DNA of 64,000 bases, from assembly GCA_030264375.1 (NCBI GenBank), contig JASCQW010000105.1:51747313-51811312 (forward strand). Direction: 5' to 3'. A program made the translations under genes and the position numbers. The notes beneath the pieces are model-generated. The model did no database searches and was not told the origin of the DNA. It saw nothing but the letters and a program-made list of their open reading frames with translations. The stretch comes from Carcharhinus longimanus. Taxonomy: Eukaryota. Below, piece after piece: positions 37,111-52,989 of this stretch. Position 1 is the first letter of the stretch; every line of letters starts with the position of its first letter.

Positions 37111-40100
37111 TGAAATCCAATGGAAAAAATCCATGCGTTGACAGTGGGATGGTATTTGAAACCCATCACAGGTCAAACGAAAGGTGTCACTCATTGTCTG
37201 AACATGTGAAAAACCACCATTTGGCGAAACACCAGAAAACTGAGTGACCTATGGAACCACTCCTCCAGCAAGAAACAGGCTTAATAGAATAATAGGAACT
37301 ATCATGAAAACAACAAAATTATATCATGCTTCCTTCTGCAGGCATTACAATTGATGACACAACTCAATGGAGTAAAGATAATGGTGGTGAAATCCACCTT
37401 TTGCAGAATCACTTTAGTACTCCATTTTGCACCAGAGCTCAAGATGAATTTTACCCAAGTGAGAAAATGGCTGAATTCAACTCATGATCATGATGAAATT
37501 TTGAGGGTGGAAAATTGGCAGCAAATTGACTGGAAAACAAAAATGAAGCTGTGTATTCAGGTTTCAAAGACTTCAAACCATGCCAGCCAAAGTGAATAGT
37601 TTATATTTTAAGTCACCGTGGTGAGACAGGACTGATAAAGTGCAGCTGTAGATCACAAGTGATCCTTGAGCCTGGCAAACTAGCTGTTGTAATCCTGCAG
37701 TTCTTTGTTCTTCCTGTTTGAATTTTCTGGGCCTTCGAGGCTGGGAAAAGATTGTGCTCCCTAACTGGTGAATAAATTATAAACCACAGCAAACAAATTC
37801 TTAAAGCATGTCAATATGTTGTGTTCAATTTTACACATGAACTAGACGCTCCATGGTACAAATCTCATGTGTGGAACAGGATAGAAGAATGAATGGCTTA
37901 CTCCCGCTCCTTCTACATTTCTTAGTGGCTAAAGACGACAAAAAGCTCAGTTACTCTGTGGTATGGTAGAGGTTTGTAGGGATTTGTAAACAGACCCACA
38001 GCAGCACTTGCACAGTAGTGGTCCTTGTGCTACTATAGCTGCAATATTTATGTGACGATATCGATAGTTTCTTTTACCTGACAACAAGCCAACTTCGAAT
38101 TTTTTTAAAAACTGTATTCATGCATTTGTACCTGCGGCTTTTCATGTAAACAGCTATAGGGATTTGGAGCTTAATGAATATACGTGGTCAGTGAACATAA
38201 TTTCATGGTAAATGCATTTTATACCTAAGAGGATTTAACTGTAATTTTTTTTACATTCGTAAAGCATGTGATAAGAAGCTTATATCTTGCTGCACAGTTT
38301 GGACCTCAGAGCAGGTGCTGTAATCTGTGTAATCCCCGCCTATCAAAACTGTGGGCTCAGATATTGCAATGGAATAGTTCTACCGGATGGTATAATATTG
38401 TCTTACAACACTCACAATATATATTTTCTTTGACAAATAAAAATAAATTTGTAGGAGTTGAGTCTAACTGCATTCTCTATTCACACAGCCATTCCTTATG
38501 TCTCACCCTGTAAGGCAAGTGTCAACAAGGCATTTAAATATGCCAATGTCAAGCATTGTCTAATTGCAGATGCACATCTTCCAGCACATTTTTCCCATCC
38601 CAGCCCAGGCTGCTAAAGCTAATCTTTTCATTCCACACATTGCCCAGACTAAATTAGACCAGGGGTTCAATCTAGATGCTTGGGGACTGCGGTTAGTCAC
38701 TAAACCATCAATGCAGGCATCCAGTGCAATAAGTCCTCAGCTTAAGTCACCCTGTTTAAATCATTATGCTTTACTGCTGGTAACTTAAAGGGGCTGGTAT
38801 TTGTGTTCAGCATCTGGAGTTTTAATGTCATTTGATGCTGGACTTGATGTAGGGTCGCATGAACCAATTGGTGCCATTTTGAAGTCATCTCTCCTGCTCC
38901 CCAGTCATTGCCCCATCCAGAATATAGCTCATCTTCATGAGCCTGCCACTCAAAATGGCTTTCGCTCTGTAAGTTGCTTTCTAGCCTCTCACTGCTCACA
39001 AATCTCGCTCATAGCAAGGGTGTGAAATAGAGAAGCAGGAGTGTTGGCTAGCAGGAGGGTTAGCGATGAATAGAAGAATGAAGCAGCTGGAGGGCTGGGT
39101 AGCAAGAATGGCACTAAGTTGGAGGGTTGGCAAATGGGAAGCAAGTAGCATTAACATGTTTCTTTGATATTTGTTATTTTATTTCAGGAGTTATTTAATT
39201 TTCAAATGTAGCAATTTATAAGTGTACAGTATTTAAACTTGCAATGATATATTGTTCAATGTTTTTCTGATGAGAGGTCCTCCTGAAATTTACATTGACT
39301 CTGATGGAAAATCTGATCTGTTTAATGACATATAATTTAAAGTTGCACCTTTCAAGCACACAATTACAATGTTACGCAAGGAATTATTGTACAACATGTG
39401 GAAGGCCAATGGCTTACAGTTTTAAAACTTTGGAAATGCTGCCTACTCCGCTGTACACTTTGTCATCTAAAGAGTTATAAGCTATAATCAAGCTCCTTAA
39501 GACCATGCACCTAAAAAAAACCTTAGTATGTACTAATCATTCTTTTGCTGACATTTATGGTGGAAGGATTGTTGGATAATTTGGATCAGAATGTGTCAAG
39601 GGTAAATGGTAGTCTGAGTGCTTTTGTTGAGAATGGACGCTTCAAACAGCAGACATTACTTTGCCATGAGAAGGTCTTTTTGCTAAATAAACAAATAAGA
39701 ACATCTGTTACTGTGGCAGGCAATAGTCACCTATGTTATTTATTGCTCCTAAAGTGTCCCACTTGACAATAGGTACGTATGGAGCCTGAATAGTGCCAAT
39801 TGGTCTAACGTTTACAAAGGTGCTGACTAAAGAACATAGAAGTGATTGGATGTCAACATTTACACTCAAAGTCAAATACATTAGCATTAGACTTCATTAC
39901 TCTTCCACAGACTAGAGATAAATGAGACAGCAAGATAAAAGGAAAACTTGTCCTTCAAGACCATTAAGGGCTGGGAAAAGAAGATTGTGGCACGCTATGC
40001 TCATCTAAATTCTGTTCATGAAAGTTGTTCTTACTAGACTTAAATTGGATATATAAACCAGTTTTACAAAAAGTGGCTAATGCAAAACGTATAAGTGGAA

Positions 40101-41524
40101 CACAAACCAGCTGATCTCTTGCCTAGTCTAAATCTGGTTCCGTACAGTCCAGGAGTTACAAGTTGTTATTTAGAAAGCAGGATTCGGATCAAATTAATTT
40201 CATTATACAGGAATATACGTGTGGTACTGTTACTGGTCTTTTACTGCATTTCCAATACGTATAAACGCCGTAAATTTTTTTAAAGGATTCATGCAATTTT
40301 GAAGAAAAAAAGAGTTGCATTTATTACAGCTTACACAGTATTTTGATGAAGCATCTTTCCTACCCCAACTCGGTGTTAGAAACTAAATGAACAGAACCAT
40401 ATCAATAAGAACATAAGTAAGAGCAGGAGTAGGCCATTTGGCCTCCCGAGCCTGTTCCGTCATTCAATAAGATCATAGCTGATCTTTCCGTGGACTCAGC
40501 TCCACTTACCTGCCCACTCACCATAACCCTTAGTTCCTTTACTGTTCAAAAATTTATCTACCCTTGNNNNNNNNNNNNNNNNNNNNNNNNNNNNNNNNNN
40601 NNNNNNNNNNNNNNNNNNNNNNNNNNNNNNNNNNNNNNNNNNNNNNNNNNNNNNNNNNNNNNNNNNTGAAGATTTTCAGATGGATTTGGTCTGCAGATTT
40701 GACCCCAGCATAATCCTTCACAAGGGTCAAGCTGCATTCAGACTGGAGCTGCCCAAATGGAGAATGTCAGATATGTCGACTGACAGCTCACTGCTCCCTC
40801 AGAACTTATTCATTCATCTCATCACCTCAGGGCAAACCCTTAAGAGGGACATCATGCCAGAATTCTTATCGCACACGACATCCTCCTGCCACCCCTCCCC
40901 CTGCACCTTTACCACTGACTGTATTTCTCACCAATGTTAATCCAGTTCCCTCACACTGTCACTGAATAGTCCCTCCCTCCCTGTGTTAACTGTTTATAAG
41001 GAGTTTGTTGCTAGTGTTAGAAAGGTATAGATAAAACCTCTCACTTAGCCTCTGCCTCAGCCCCTCACAGTCAAAACAAATCTTGCTCAAAGGCAGAGCT
41101 AGTTGCAAGAACTGAGCTCCTGGTTCCCCATGAGGGAATCTGAAGTTCACAGTCGATGCAACAACTTTCTTGAAGAATAGGAGTTGAATGTGGTGACAGG
41201 AAATGAATTGAGCCTTGTTCCTCTCCTGAATAAGGAAGCTATCAAAAGTGGAATTTTCTCAGTATGGTTTAAAAGTACAAGAAAAAACAAGTATAGAATG
41301 AAATGGGGAGCAGTGAGATCAGAGTAGATAACCCAGGACAGACCACTCATAACTCAGCCAGAAGTAGTTTAGCCCCTGATTCACAGCAAGTTGTGGGTTC
41401 AAACCCTATTTGAGCATAAAATCCAGGCTGACACCCCCAGTACAGTACAGTGGGAGGTTCAAATTGTCAGAGTCTCATCTACTCCCTCAGGTGGATTTAA
41501 AGAGGACCAGGAGTCAGCAATTTA

Positions 41525-43295
41525 TATCCCTCAAGCTTGTTCCACCATTCTGAGAGACCTTAACTGATCTATGAGCTAAGCCCCAATAGAAATCCAGTCT
41601 TACATTTAAAATTAACAATTGACCAATTGTCATACATGCATGACAGTTTCAAACTTTCACCATCATTTGCATGTGAAAATGTTTTCTAATTTAATTTTCT
41701 TTTGGATATTTTCCCCCAGCTGTAAACCGCCCAACCAGAAGAAATAGCTTCTATCAAACTAACTATTCCCTTTAATATCTTGAAAACATCAATTACATTA
41801 CCCCTTAGCCTTCTAAATTCCACAGAATGCAATCTAGTTTATGTAACCTCTCCTTGTAATTTAACTCTTGGTAGTCTAGGTATCAGCCTGATAAACTCCC
41901 TCCAAAATCAATATATCCTTCCGCAGGTGATGCTCATAGCTGCTCACCATATCCAGATGTGGTCTAACCAGAGCTCTGTATAGATGAAGCATTACTTCTA
42001 CTTCATTGTATTCTAGTCTCCTAGATATAAAGGCCAGAATTCTGTTAGCCTTTTTGATTATTTTTTGTGGTTGTATATCACATTTTAATGATCTATGCAC
42101 CTATCTTGTAAGTCTCTTTTGACCTCCTCTGTTTCTTACTTTTTAACATTTAGAAAATATTCTATTCTATCCTTTCTTTAGATCTCACATTCATCTACAT
42201 TGAATGTATTTGTCACAGTTTTATGCATTCACATAATTTACCACTTAGTAATTTTATGTCACTCTCATTGTTTACAATGCTGACCATCTTTGTATCATCA
42301 GAAAATTTGGATATATGGTTTTCGATCCCAACATCTGAGCCATTAATAAATACAGTGAATACTATAGTTTACACTGGAACAAGAAGCAGGAGTAGGCCAT
42401 CTGGCCACTCGAGCCTGCTCTGCCATTCAGTAAGATCACGGCTGATCTTTTTGTGGACTCAGTCCCACTTAGCTGCCCGCTCACCATAGCCCTTAATTCC
42501 TTTACTATTCAAAAATTTATCTATTCTTGCCTTAAAAGCATTCAATGAGGTAGCTTCAACTGCTTCACTGTGCAGGGAATTCCACAGATTCACAATCCTT
42601 TGGGTGAAAAAGTTCCTCCTCAATTCAGTCCTAAATCTGCTCCCCCTTATTTTGAGGCTATGCCCCCTTGTTCTAGTTTCACCCACCAGTGGAAACAACC
42701 TCCGTGTTTCATAATTTTATATGTTCCTATAAAATTCCCCCCTTATTCTTCTAAATTCCAAAAAGTATGGCCTCAGTCTACTCAGTCTCTCCTCATAAGC
42801 CAACCCTCTCAACTCCAGAATCAACTCTGCACTCCCTCCAGTTGCAGTGCATCGTTTCTCAAGTAAGGAAATCAAACAGGAATAAAGAAATCAGTCTCAC
42901 CAGCACCCTTTTTGTTTTTATTCCAATTCAATCAAAACAAGTCCAATTCAGAGTCTCAACAGGTTGAGATATTCCTGATCCAAGCTGACAAGACAGGGCT
43001 CTTACCTCTTGTCTTGGGCTTGATCTCCCATGATTGGAGCAGGCATAACTCCTTCTCTAAGGCTTGATCTCATTTGCATCTTAGCCAAAAGCCGAGATGC
43101 CGCTTTTTAAAATTGATCCAAATTAAGTTAAAATGTAACCTAATGACTTCAATCAAGCACAGCATTTCGATACTACAGTTGATCTTAGCAAAAGGCCGAG
43201 AAGACTCCATCCCTCTAGCAATGAAGGACAAAATTCCATTTGTCTTCTTAATTACCTGCTGCACCTGCAAACCAATTTTTTGTGATTCATATCAA
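41525..43295 (-). mobile_element. Cluster of CR1 LINE fragments, including a younger 3' end at ~42376-42865
   Basis: ORF 41876..42100 (KKANRILAFISRRLEY...LYRALVRPHL), ORF 42459..42698 (ETRTRGHSLKIRGSRFRTELRRNFFTQRIVNLWNSL) and ORF 43070..43270 (QVQQVIKKTNGILSFIARGME). Confidence 0.85.
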
Positions 43296-44429
43296 ATAGG
43301 AAATTAATTCCTGGGAATCAGATTCTTTTAAAAAACTCCCAAATTTTGCTTCTTTTACAAATAAATGTACAATAATTTATATTTGCTTAGTTAATGGAAG
43401 TTGTAAAACCTGATTGTGCGGCAGACAGATTTTTGTGTTTGTATATGATAGTGCTCAGCTCAGATCAAATACAATGATGAGAGAGTTTCAAACGATACAG
43501 GCAGGGAATTAAGCGAATTCTGAGGAACAGTTGCAAAACTTAAAATGTGTCCAGACATTAATATCATTGGGTGGAGAGTCTTGTGCCATAAACAAAATCA
43601 TATACATCAGGTACTGACAAGCAGTTAAGTGAGCTGCAAAGATTACAGAACTTTCTGAAACACAAGTCATTATCCACAATGTGAACAAGGTTATCCATCC
43701 TTATGTGGTAATAAACAATATTCGTACGGGAACAGCTCATTCTATATAGATTCACTCAAGCAAATAGTAAAAATATTTTTATTCTCCAACAAAAAATATT
43801 GCAAGCATAAAATAATAACCTCTGAATCATAAATCCCATTTGGACCAAGACACAAAAGAGCCTGCCAACTGATTGCAGTTCCAATCAGTTACTGGATAAA
43901 TTCCAGACTGTGGCACTGATTCGTACAGCAGTTTTATTCTGGATGCGCACTGAATTTTCTGATCTTGGCTAAGACCACAAGTGAGCTGATATTACTGGCA
44001 GGCAAAAGAATAACAGGGTTCTTGCTCCTGGATTTCTATTCCATTCTCCTTGGGCGAAGTACATGTGTATGCACTTCAATTTTCACCACTGGTCTGTCAC
44101 CCAAAGTCCACTCAAGAGTAAAAATTCACAGTAATTATATAAATCACATCACATCATCCTGTACACGAGGCCACAGTCATGTCAATAACACCTCAATGCT
44201 CTCTTGCCTAACCAACAAAACCAGTACCTAAAATTTCTCATGAAGAAATGTTCTTCAATATATTGGTTTGGGTAGATATCATTTCTTCGGAAAATACAGA
44301 AAAGGAGAAAGGCCGCTGAAAATGCCACTGATGCCAGAAATTGGAAAGAGGTGAGAGAGAATGATTGTGTAGAACTTAAGCATGTTAATAAAAGCAGAAA
44401 AATACTGGGAGGGAAATGTATATTGGGTG

Positions 44430-45215
44430 GAAGTCCCTTCCAAAAATTCGAAGTGCTGGATTTGTGTCAAAACTGGAGTAAATCCCACTGATTTTTCAAA
44501 GCAAGATTTTCAAAACGAATCTCGCACACTCTGATGCAGACAGCCCTAGTGTGAAATTCTGGGGGTGAAGCCTTTTCTCACTGGAGGGGCCGTCAACACA
44601 GCGCTGAGCTGGCCACTGCGCACGCGCTGATCTGTCAGAGTGAAGATTGGCGCGTGTGCAGTAGCCCCACACTGCTGACCTCCCGATCACTGGTCAACCC
44701 TGTGGCCCCACCCCTCCACCCCCAATCGCTGTCCTCCCTCTGCCTACGAACCCAAATGCAAAGTGGCAGCGGGACCACCCCCACAATCTCCCTCCACATA
44801 GGCCCCACCTACCCATATGCCCTGCCCCACTTCTGGCTCTATCCCTTGGCACAGCCCCATGTCCGGTGGATGGTGCCAAGGTGCCTCTGAGGCATCGCCA
44901 CTTTGCCCCTTGGACAGCGCTACGAGGCTATGCTGGCAATGTTCAGGAGGCATCCCACCCCAACATGCTGAAGGGCCTCCATAATCCCGCCTCCGCTTCA
45001 CTCCAGCTGCGTTGGGCCACCAGCTGTTGTAAACCCCCGCTGAAGTGAAACACTTCTGGCTGGGGGCACTGCTAGCGGGCCAAGAGATTTCCGACACGGG
45101 CCCGCTAAGGAAATGCAAATTCTCATTTAATGCGCAGAGGCCATGGCAACCAGTGGGGAGCCCACTAAACGGCCTCTGCTGATGTCGCCATGGCTAGCTG
45201 GAGGAATCGCCCCTA
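44430..45215. mobile_element. GC-rich non-autonomous DNA-transposon-like repeat
   Basis: Abrupt GC-rich island ending gaatcgccc. It shares ggcactgcc/gtgccaagg-type motifs and end structure with 60313-60928, and has no credible ORF. Confidence 0.45.
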
Positions 45216-46846
45216 TTATGTATCAGAAAACAGAAAACAACTCAGGAAAGAATGATTGGGTACAGCATCTCAAACAAGAAATGGAAGAAGCATTAAGAAA
45301 TTAAACAAAGAGGAAGTATTTCAAATAGTCACTGATGTCGGTTGAGGATAGCTTACTATAGTCTTTTACTGGTCTCATAAACTGCTCCAACAAAGCTCAA
45401 GGCAATCTTCAAGAACAGGACTTTTTGGTCAAGGCCAGTGTTATCCATAGAAAATGTTAACCATTAACAATAATGACTACAGCAACACCTTTTCAGCTAA
45501 ACTCATAACTTTCTTGGAAAATGCCTTGCACGCAATACAAATAAATGTGCTTCACATGTTTATAATTATTGGACAAACAACCTAACCAGTAGCCAAGAAG
45601 AAAAGCACGTTCACCCTCAGCTTTCCACTGGACCATTTATCAACAAACGATTGCATACATGGTGTGAATATGAATATTGAGATCACATTTCCAGTGACAA
45701 TATCAGAAAGCAATTATTCACATCTAGATTTCAAATTAGCCACATGAGGTTAATGTATTGAACAACATTATCCTGGGCAACATGCAGCCTCTTAATATAA
45801 TAAACTATTATATAAATCTGTCATCTCAGCTGTTTCCTTATTATCAAATCTATTTTAATTTCATACCTGAACCCCACTCCTCCATCACAGGCTTTCCCTT
45901 TCCTCAGGCCTGCCACGTTTTTTGTCTTAGCAATTTACCTTTTTTCTAATGTCTTAACGCTCCTTGACAAAGATGATCTGCTACATGGTCCCATTCATGA
46001 TTCCTGCCTGGACCTGCCTATCACCTCAATACATGATATATATTTTTGCTCCTCCCCTTTTTTCTGCCTTCTGTTTCAATTTTTTGAAGGTTTCCATGGT
46101 GAGAGCAAGAGCATCGAAAACGATGAATTTATGGTTGCACCATGTACAAGTCTGCCCTGAAAAGAACAGGTGTACCTCAAAACAATTCCTTAAAAGAACT
46201 GATAAGCTGCAGGATTTCATGCAGACTATTCTTCATTCTTTTCAGCGCAAAATTTTATATGGTGTAACCATACATTTGTCTTCCTCTTGTGTTTCAGTTT
46301 TGAAAAATGGTCTAAACCCTCACCTGTCTGTCTGTTCTCTGTCCACTAGCTTGCTTTATCTGCTGGGTACTGGTGCTTTGTGCTTTTATTTCACTGTGAA
46401 GGTGTGAAGTATTACAGAAGCCAGCAGAATGCACTTGGTTGCCTGTTCAAGTTCGAAGGCTCAAAATCAATGNNNNNNNNNNNNNNNNNNNNNNNNNNNN
46501 NNNNNNNNNNNNNNNNNNNNNNNNNNNNNNNNNNNNNNNNNNNNNNNNNNNNNNNNNNNNNNNNNNNNNNNNATGAGCTCGCAAAACAAACAGCGGACAA
46601 AAATTTTGCCTACACCGCTAATAAAGCTATCTTGAAGTTAAATTGAATGAGAAGTAAAAGAGCTGTCTTTAAATCTCTTCGCTGTTTTTCTGCATGCTAA
46701 ATGAGCTATGAGATTCAATGATAATTTAATGCTGATAAGGTTAGATGAGGAACAGAGGAAGGTCACATGGCGTACAGAATACAGGCACAGACTAGTCGAG
46801 CTGAGTGATCTATTCTGGTGCTGCTAATTCTGCGTAACTTGATCTA

Positions 46847-47101
<255 letters not shown>

Positions 47102-47703
47102 TTAGGAAAAAGATGAAATACATTAGTGAAGACGTGCTCCAGGACACCATACTGCAGGAACAGAACATCAGCACAACAAATACTATTAATCCCTCTCTAC
47201 AGGGACTTAATTAATTCATATTGATGTGAACTGAACTGTTTATTCAAATGAAACAGTCCTATGTAAACCCTGTAGCGCAGCATCATTTGGATTAGATCCT
47301 AGATCCATTCATCCAACTCCCATGTGTAAATCAAATAGTAAGTTGTTGGAGTGAACTAACTTTACGAATTTCAGCCAACTGTAACCACAGGAGCATAAAA
47401 ACTCTCTCAAATTACAATACTAGCAACATAGAAGCGTAAGAAATAACTTGCATTCATCACCTTGGGATAGCCCAGTGTTTAATATCAAATAAATTACTTT
47501 CTGATGCAAATGTGGACACCTATCTCCATACTAAATTAAGGAAGCAATTAACCTGCCTCTGCTTTGTCAGGATAAACATTAACCAGGACATCAGCACAAC
47601 TCCCCACTTAAGGGAGGTGTCAGAGGACTGGAGAATTGCAAATGTTACACTCTTGTTACATGGATATAAAATTGGCTGAATAATAAGCAGCAGAGAGTAC
47701 AGT

Positions 47704-48023
47704 AATAGAATCCCTGCAGTGCAGAAGATGATTCAGCCCATCGAGTCTGCATTGACCCTCACCTAGGACCAAGCCTCTGCCCCATCTCCGCAACCCCGCA
47801 CATCCCCGATAGCTAATCCACCTAACCTATACACGAGGGACAATTTATCAAGGCCAGTTCCCCCAGCCTGCATATCTGTGGGAGGACATCAGAGCACCTG
47901 GAGGAAACCCACAAAGACACGGGGAGAATGTGCAAACTCCATACAGTCACCCAAGGCCAGACTCAAACCTGGGTCCCTGATGCTGTGAGGCAGCAGTGCT
48001 AATCACTGTCGTCACTGTGCCGC
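47704..48023 (-). mobile_element. HE1-like V-SINE inserted in a plus-strand CR1 fragment (~47610-48230)
   Basis: V domain and head present. The flanks read EDWRIANVT and QGSVLGPLL...INDVD. Confidence 0.85.
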
Positions 48024-48599
48024 TCATCAATGCACATTTTTTTGAGCTGGGGGAAGATTTGTACTGGTGCTTCCCAGGGTTCGGTACTGGGACCCTTGCT
48101 TTCCCGATATATATATCAATGATGTAGATCTTGGTGCTCAGGGGACAATTTTGTGGATGATACATAACTTGGAAGGATTGTGAACTGTGAAGAGGGCAAT
48201 ATCATCATACTGTGAGGAAATGACAGGCTTGCAGTTATATTTTTGGACTGATTACTAGTCAAATAGTATGATGACCGATACTGCTTTCTCGTCCAGAACC
48301 TTTTTAAATTTTTCCATCTTGTTTTCAAATCCCTCCATTTCTCTGTAGCTTCCTACTATCACTGTCTTAGCAATTATAACCTTTAAAATTACCTTATTAA
48401 GCCAATGAATTGCTAAGGACAGATAATGAGCATTGGATCAAGAATATAAATAGAGACCGCGCTGCAACAGTTGGAGGTAAAGAATCATAAAGAAGCTGTA
48501 ACGCTGTTGAAGAATAAACTTACTTATGGCAAAATATAAGCTTCAGACAGATTCCTTCACCATATATTGGAGGTAACACCCTCAGCCACACAACACTCA

Positions 48600-48880
48600 A
48601 TTTGCCCCGCTCCAATACTGGCCTCTTAAGCATCTCTAATTTTAATCATTCTGCTATTGGTGGGCATACTTTCAGCTACCCAAGCCCTAAACTCTGAAAT
48701 TTGCTTCTTAAACCCATTTGCTTCATTTCTCCTTTTATGCCCTCCGTAAAACCTATGATTTGACCAAGTATTCGGCCATCTAACCTAACTTCATCCCTTT
48801 TGTGGGTGAGTATCAGTTGTTGTTTGATAACCCTCCCATGAAGTGCCTTGGGATATTTTACTGCATCTTCAGTGTTGCAT
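48600..48880 (+). mobile_element. L2-type LINE 3' end
   Basis: Homologous to 3120-3340 (ttcagctacccaagccctaaactctg...gtgccttgggatattttac). Confidence 0.6.
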
Positions 48881-50512
48881 GGTTTCATTTCAATAGTATT
48901 TTCACAACATTGTTGTCTCTGGTAGTTCTATTCTATACTGTACATTCATTATATACATAAACACACACAAACTCATCTAGCTTCAGATTTCCTCCACTCA
49001 TGGGTAGCTAAAATGAACGATTAAGTCTACATCAGATTCATCCTCAAATCAAACGCTATGTTGAAGCATACTCAATGAATGTGTTATAATTTTGCCAGCT
49101 TTCATATTCTTATCCTGTTATGAACTGTTAGGTTCCACTGTGTGTCATCTAATTCTCAAGCTCAATACATTGTTCACTGATAAACATATTTGGGCCTCGA
49201 TGAGATGCCATTTATATTACAATGGCTCAATTCTAAAGCAGAAATTCATCTTTCTGAGGCCTGACTTAGTAGTAGCAGAAGCCTGGGCCAGAGCGGTGCA
49301 TTCTGAAATTGGTGAAATCTATCAATAGTGCGAGCCATTGCTACAGCAATCAAAATAGTCACATCTGGCTGAGAGATTATTCTATCAAAATGGCTACAGC
49401 AGAAAGAGTTAATACTAATGCAGCCTCAGTGTTGCTAGAATACCTCAGTGTCCAGTGCTATGGGTTGTTTATTAATACCCTCATTTTACTTTAACTAAAA
49501 TCCATATTATAGGTGCAACAATGATTAATTTTTACTATTCCATGTCCTTGCGTCAAAATTCTAAAGAGTCTTTTCACAAACAAAGCATTTCCCAATAGCT
49601 TACATGAAAAATTAAAATTGAAGCAAGCCATTTGTGGAAAACAGTCCATTTTTTATCACTAAAGGAGCTCCATTGCAAAGAAATTTCTTTAGTTTGAGGA
49701 GGGAATAAAGCTAAAAGAACCACACATCATTTATTCCATGATTGTGTATAAGTGACACCATGGTTTATTTGTGTCAACTGGTTTTGTGTTTGAACACAAA
49801 CAAGCAAGGGCTTGTCAAACATTTGCTTCATGATGACAATGTCTCCTTTAAGATTTCATGATTAGCGTTCCTGTATCTGTGGGAATCCTTGCACTGTGCA
49901 ACAAAACCTTGCTGTACACTGGCAACAGGGATACATAAAAAACTAATGTACCCTGGTGCTGTCTTGGTGGCACGTTAACAGTTTGCAGTGATGGTAATGC
50001 CAGGCTATTACATGGGGTTCGAGGCAGAACAAACAGGATTTGTGCATTCCTCTTGGGGATGTAACTAGGCATCTTCAAGTGAGCTATTTTCAATATATGG
50101 GGCCTACCTACTGTGGAATTGGTGCTTGTGAGTTAATGAGGCATGCAAATCTTGAAGTTGTATTAACTGCTGCATTTCTTCATGATTTACTAAAGGTTAA
50201 CTACTTCAATATTTTCATTTGTGTCAACTGTCTAAGCATGCAGAAAAATCTCGAAGGGAATAAAGTTAATAAAAAAGGGAAAATACAAACCTTTTAAAGA
50301 AAGTTAAGATCCATGTAAGAGAGAACCAGCAAGGTTGAAGGAAGTCTATGGTAACATATAATGTTGAACTCAAAAGCTTGTAAAATAATTTTTGTTTTTT
50401 GTCAAGGTAAGGTTGCCACAGCCAACCCAATAATGTCTATTTTTACTCTAGTGAATTAAAGAATAAGATATGGTAGCAGAAATAATTTTTAAAATTCCCA
50501 ATGCAAACTTAC

Positions 50513-50598
50513 AGCGATATTTGTCCTCAAGGTGTGCTTTGCACAGCGACATGATGCCACTTTTAAAGGACAGAACACGAATTTTCCCTGTTCGACCA
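50513..50598 (-). CDS. DMD: Dystrophin exon 66 (86 nt): [28 protein letters not shown]
   Basis: tag|TGGTCGAACAGGG...AAATATCGCT|gtaagt; 86 nt; phase-compatible with both neighbours. Confidence 0.96.
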
Positions 50599-52989
50599 CT
50601 AGATACAGGAGAGGAAAAGAAAAATCATCATTAGACTTCACCATTCGAGATACAGACCCAACAGTCTTTAGTGGGATTTACAATTGAAGCAACTAAATTT
50701 TGTATGATTTACAAATTTCATGGTGGTATAAGGTAAGTTTGAAATTCTAGAACCACGTAAACTGGTACAAACAAATCATAATTCCTTGAAATCCCACTAC
50801 CATGAGGACTAAGGTTAAATCAGATTTTAAAAATTGTGCAAGCTGCAGTACACTGATGTGCGAACTTGAGATAGAAATCCTATGAGATTGGATAACACAA
50901 GAGTATTTCTCACAAATCTAGTCACTAGCCAATGGTGTGAAATCACATCCATTTTTCGATGAACATGTTCAGAGAAGCCTATGTTTACATACAACTCTGT
51001 GCCATTCAACTGGTCACACTCAAGGTGGCTGATGGTATCACAACTAAAGGTTGTCATTATTAAGCAAGTTTGCTACTCTGTGTAAAATATTTATTACATA
51101 TCTTTTTGCAGTTTAAGCATGAAGCACTGACAACTATTTTCTGTTCTTTGCATTAAATGAATTCATAGCCCTGGGATGCAGAACATTAGACAGACGCTTC
51201 TGACAAGTGCTACTCACTCAGTTTCATAAACTCCACCTGTGCAAGATTTACAAAACCATTGACTTTTGAAGAATGCTTAAAAAGTATTTTGCTTTTGTAA
51301 GAAGAGAGCACAAAGGTAGCACATTAGGTGAATATCATATATTTAAACAAGGAAACTAAAGTCTTGCAAGCTCTTTTCCTTCAATGTGCAAATTGAGAAA
51401 ATGCCACAGGGGTCATTTTAGCCACTAGGCAAGATAGCCACAAGATTAAATTGGTTTTCTACCCTGGCCAAAATTACTCCTCGCTGGATTTCATGGATCT
51501 TCAATGGAGGTTAAAATTTCTGCCAATTGTGTTAATTACTAACATTCTTCAAATGCAAGCACTAAATCAAATTTAGAATCCTCTTTTAAAATTTTATAAA
51601 AAGATCAAGTGTGAATCAAAAATCTCAGCTGAGATTACTAAAGGGGCTTGGTAAGGATACCACATTGGGCCCTTAACCAAGCACATTGTGAGTTATGGTG
51701 CTGAGGGCTATAGTACTTGAATGCAACATATTCAACCTCTGGTATGAACTGCTCTGGGGAAGCACAGCAGGAATGAATGGACTTAGCATTGCTAATCCAG
51801 AGAGTGAAGAGAAAAAAAACCTAACAATTCCCACAGTTGAATGCTGTATATACATTCAAAACATACACGTGTAGATATAGGATGAAAATACAACCAGGCT
51901 TACTGATACAGCCCCAACATTTGAATACATTGTCCAGGCTTACATATGAATTGTTTCTGGGGTGCATTAGTGGAATAAAACACAACACTTTCAGGAGTAA
52001 ATGAGGGAAAATGTGAAGAAAAGAAATTATATCTAATCTCCTGTTAATAGGCGAATTTTCAAATAAATTTTAATTTAGTTTCAACAAATGGTTTGGAGTT
52101 GATTAATTCATACTGGATCTCAGAAATGGATGACTTTAGGCCACCCTATTTTCTGGAAGTTCAGTTCTCAGATGAAGCAATATGGTTACTGTGGTCCGCA
52201 ATGACAGTTTGCAATAAAGAAGAATGCAATGAAACCATCTGTACACTGGAGATAAATCTGAATTTATAACTGTGTGGGTATTGCCAATATCTCAGCCAAG
52301 CATACAATATACTGTCAACATTTACTGTTTTCTCACTCCCTCAGAATGCAGCGTCTCCATTATAAGGACTTTCAGGATAAGCAATCAACTCCTGGAATGG
52401 ATACAGCCACACAACAAATTCTTAATTTACACAGAGATTGAAACCCAACATGCCTCTGTTCTTTCCCAGGCTATTTTGCTTTTCATTTAAAGGAACATGG
52501 TTGCTACTAAATGACATATTTAACACTGTGTTTTTCAGCTGTGAGCAGCACAAAGCATGGCTGTTGCCAAAGATTATGCACTGTCATCTTCTGCTGCATC
52601 AGGTCTTTCAAAACAAAGTGCAAAGATGTATTTGACACTATGGACAGGGTTGCTTTCACAAATTAAATCGCGCCCACAAATAACCTTATTTCACTCAGTG
52701 ACACTTAGCTGTTTAGTATTAATTATAGGATTAAATGTACCTCTAAATTACAAACAGTGCCTTAAATTTTGCTGCATTAGTGCCTAGGCCTTTTTTGTAA
52801 TGCTGTGAAGGTGTATTGTTCAGTGACAACTGTATGGCATAGGCTAAGTAGGGCTAATATTATGATAATAAGAAAGTAAAGCAAGAGAGAAAAATAATGA
52901 AGCAACAAGAATTTTGCTTTAAATGACCAGGAATATCCAAACATTCCGACTTGAGTTAGAAGTGATAAAAAAAAGCTAATTTCATTCAT

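Noticed and set aside
45964-46407. 147-aa plus-strand ORF
   Set aside because: TTG start, no recognisable motif, no splice support; consistent with a chance ORF in intronic DNA.
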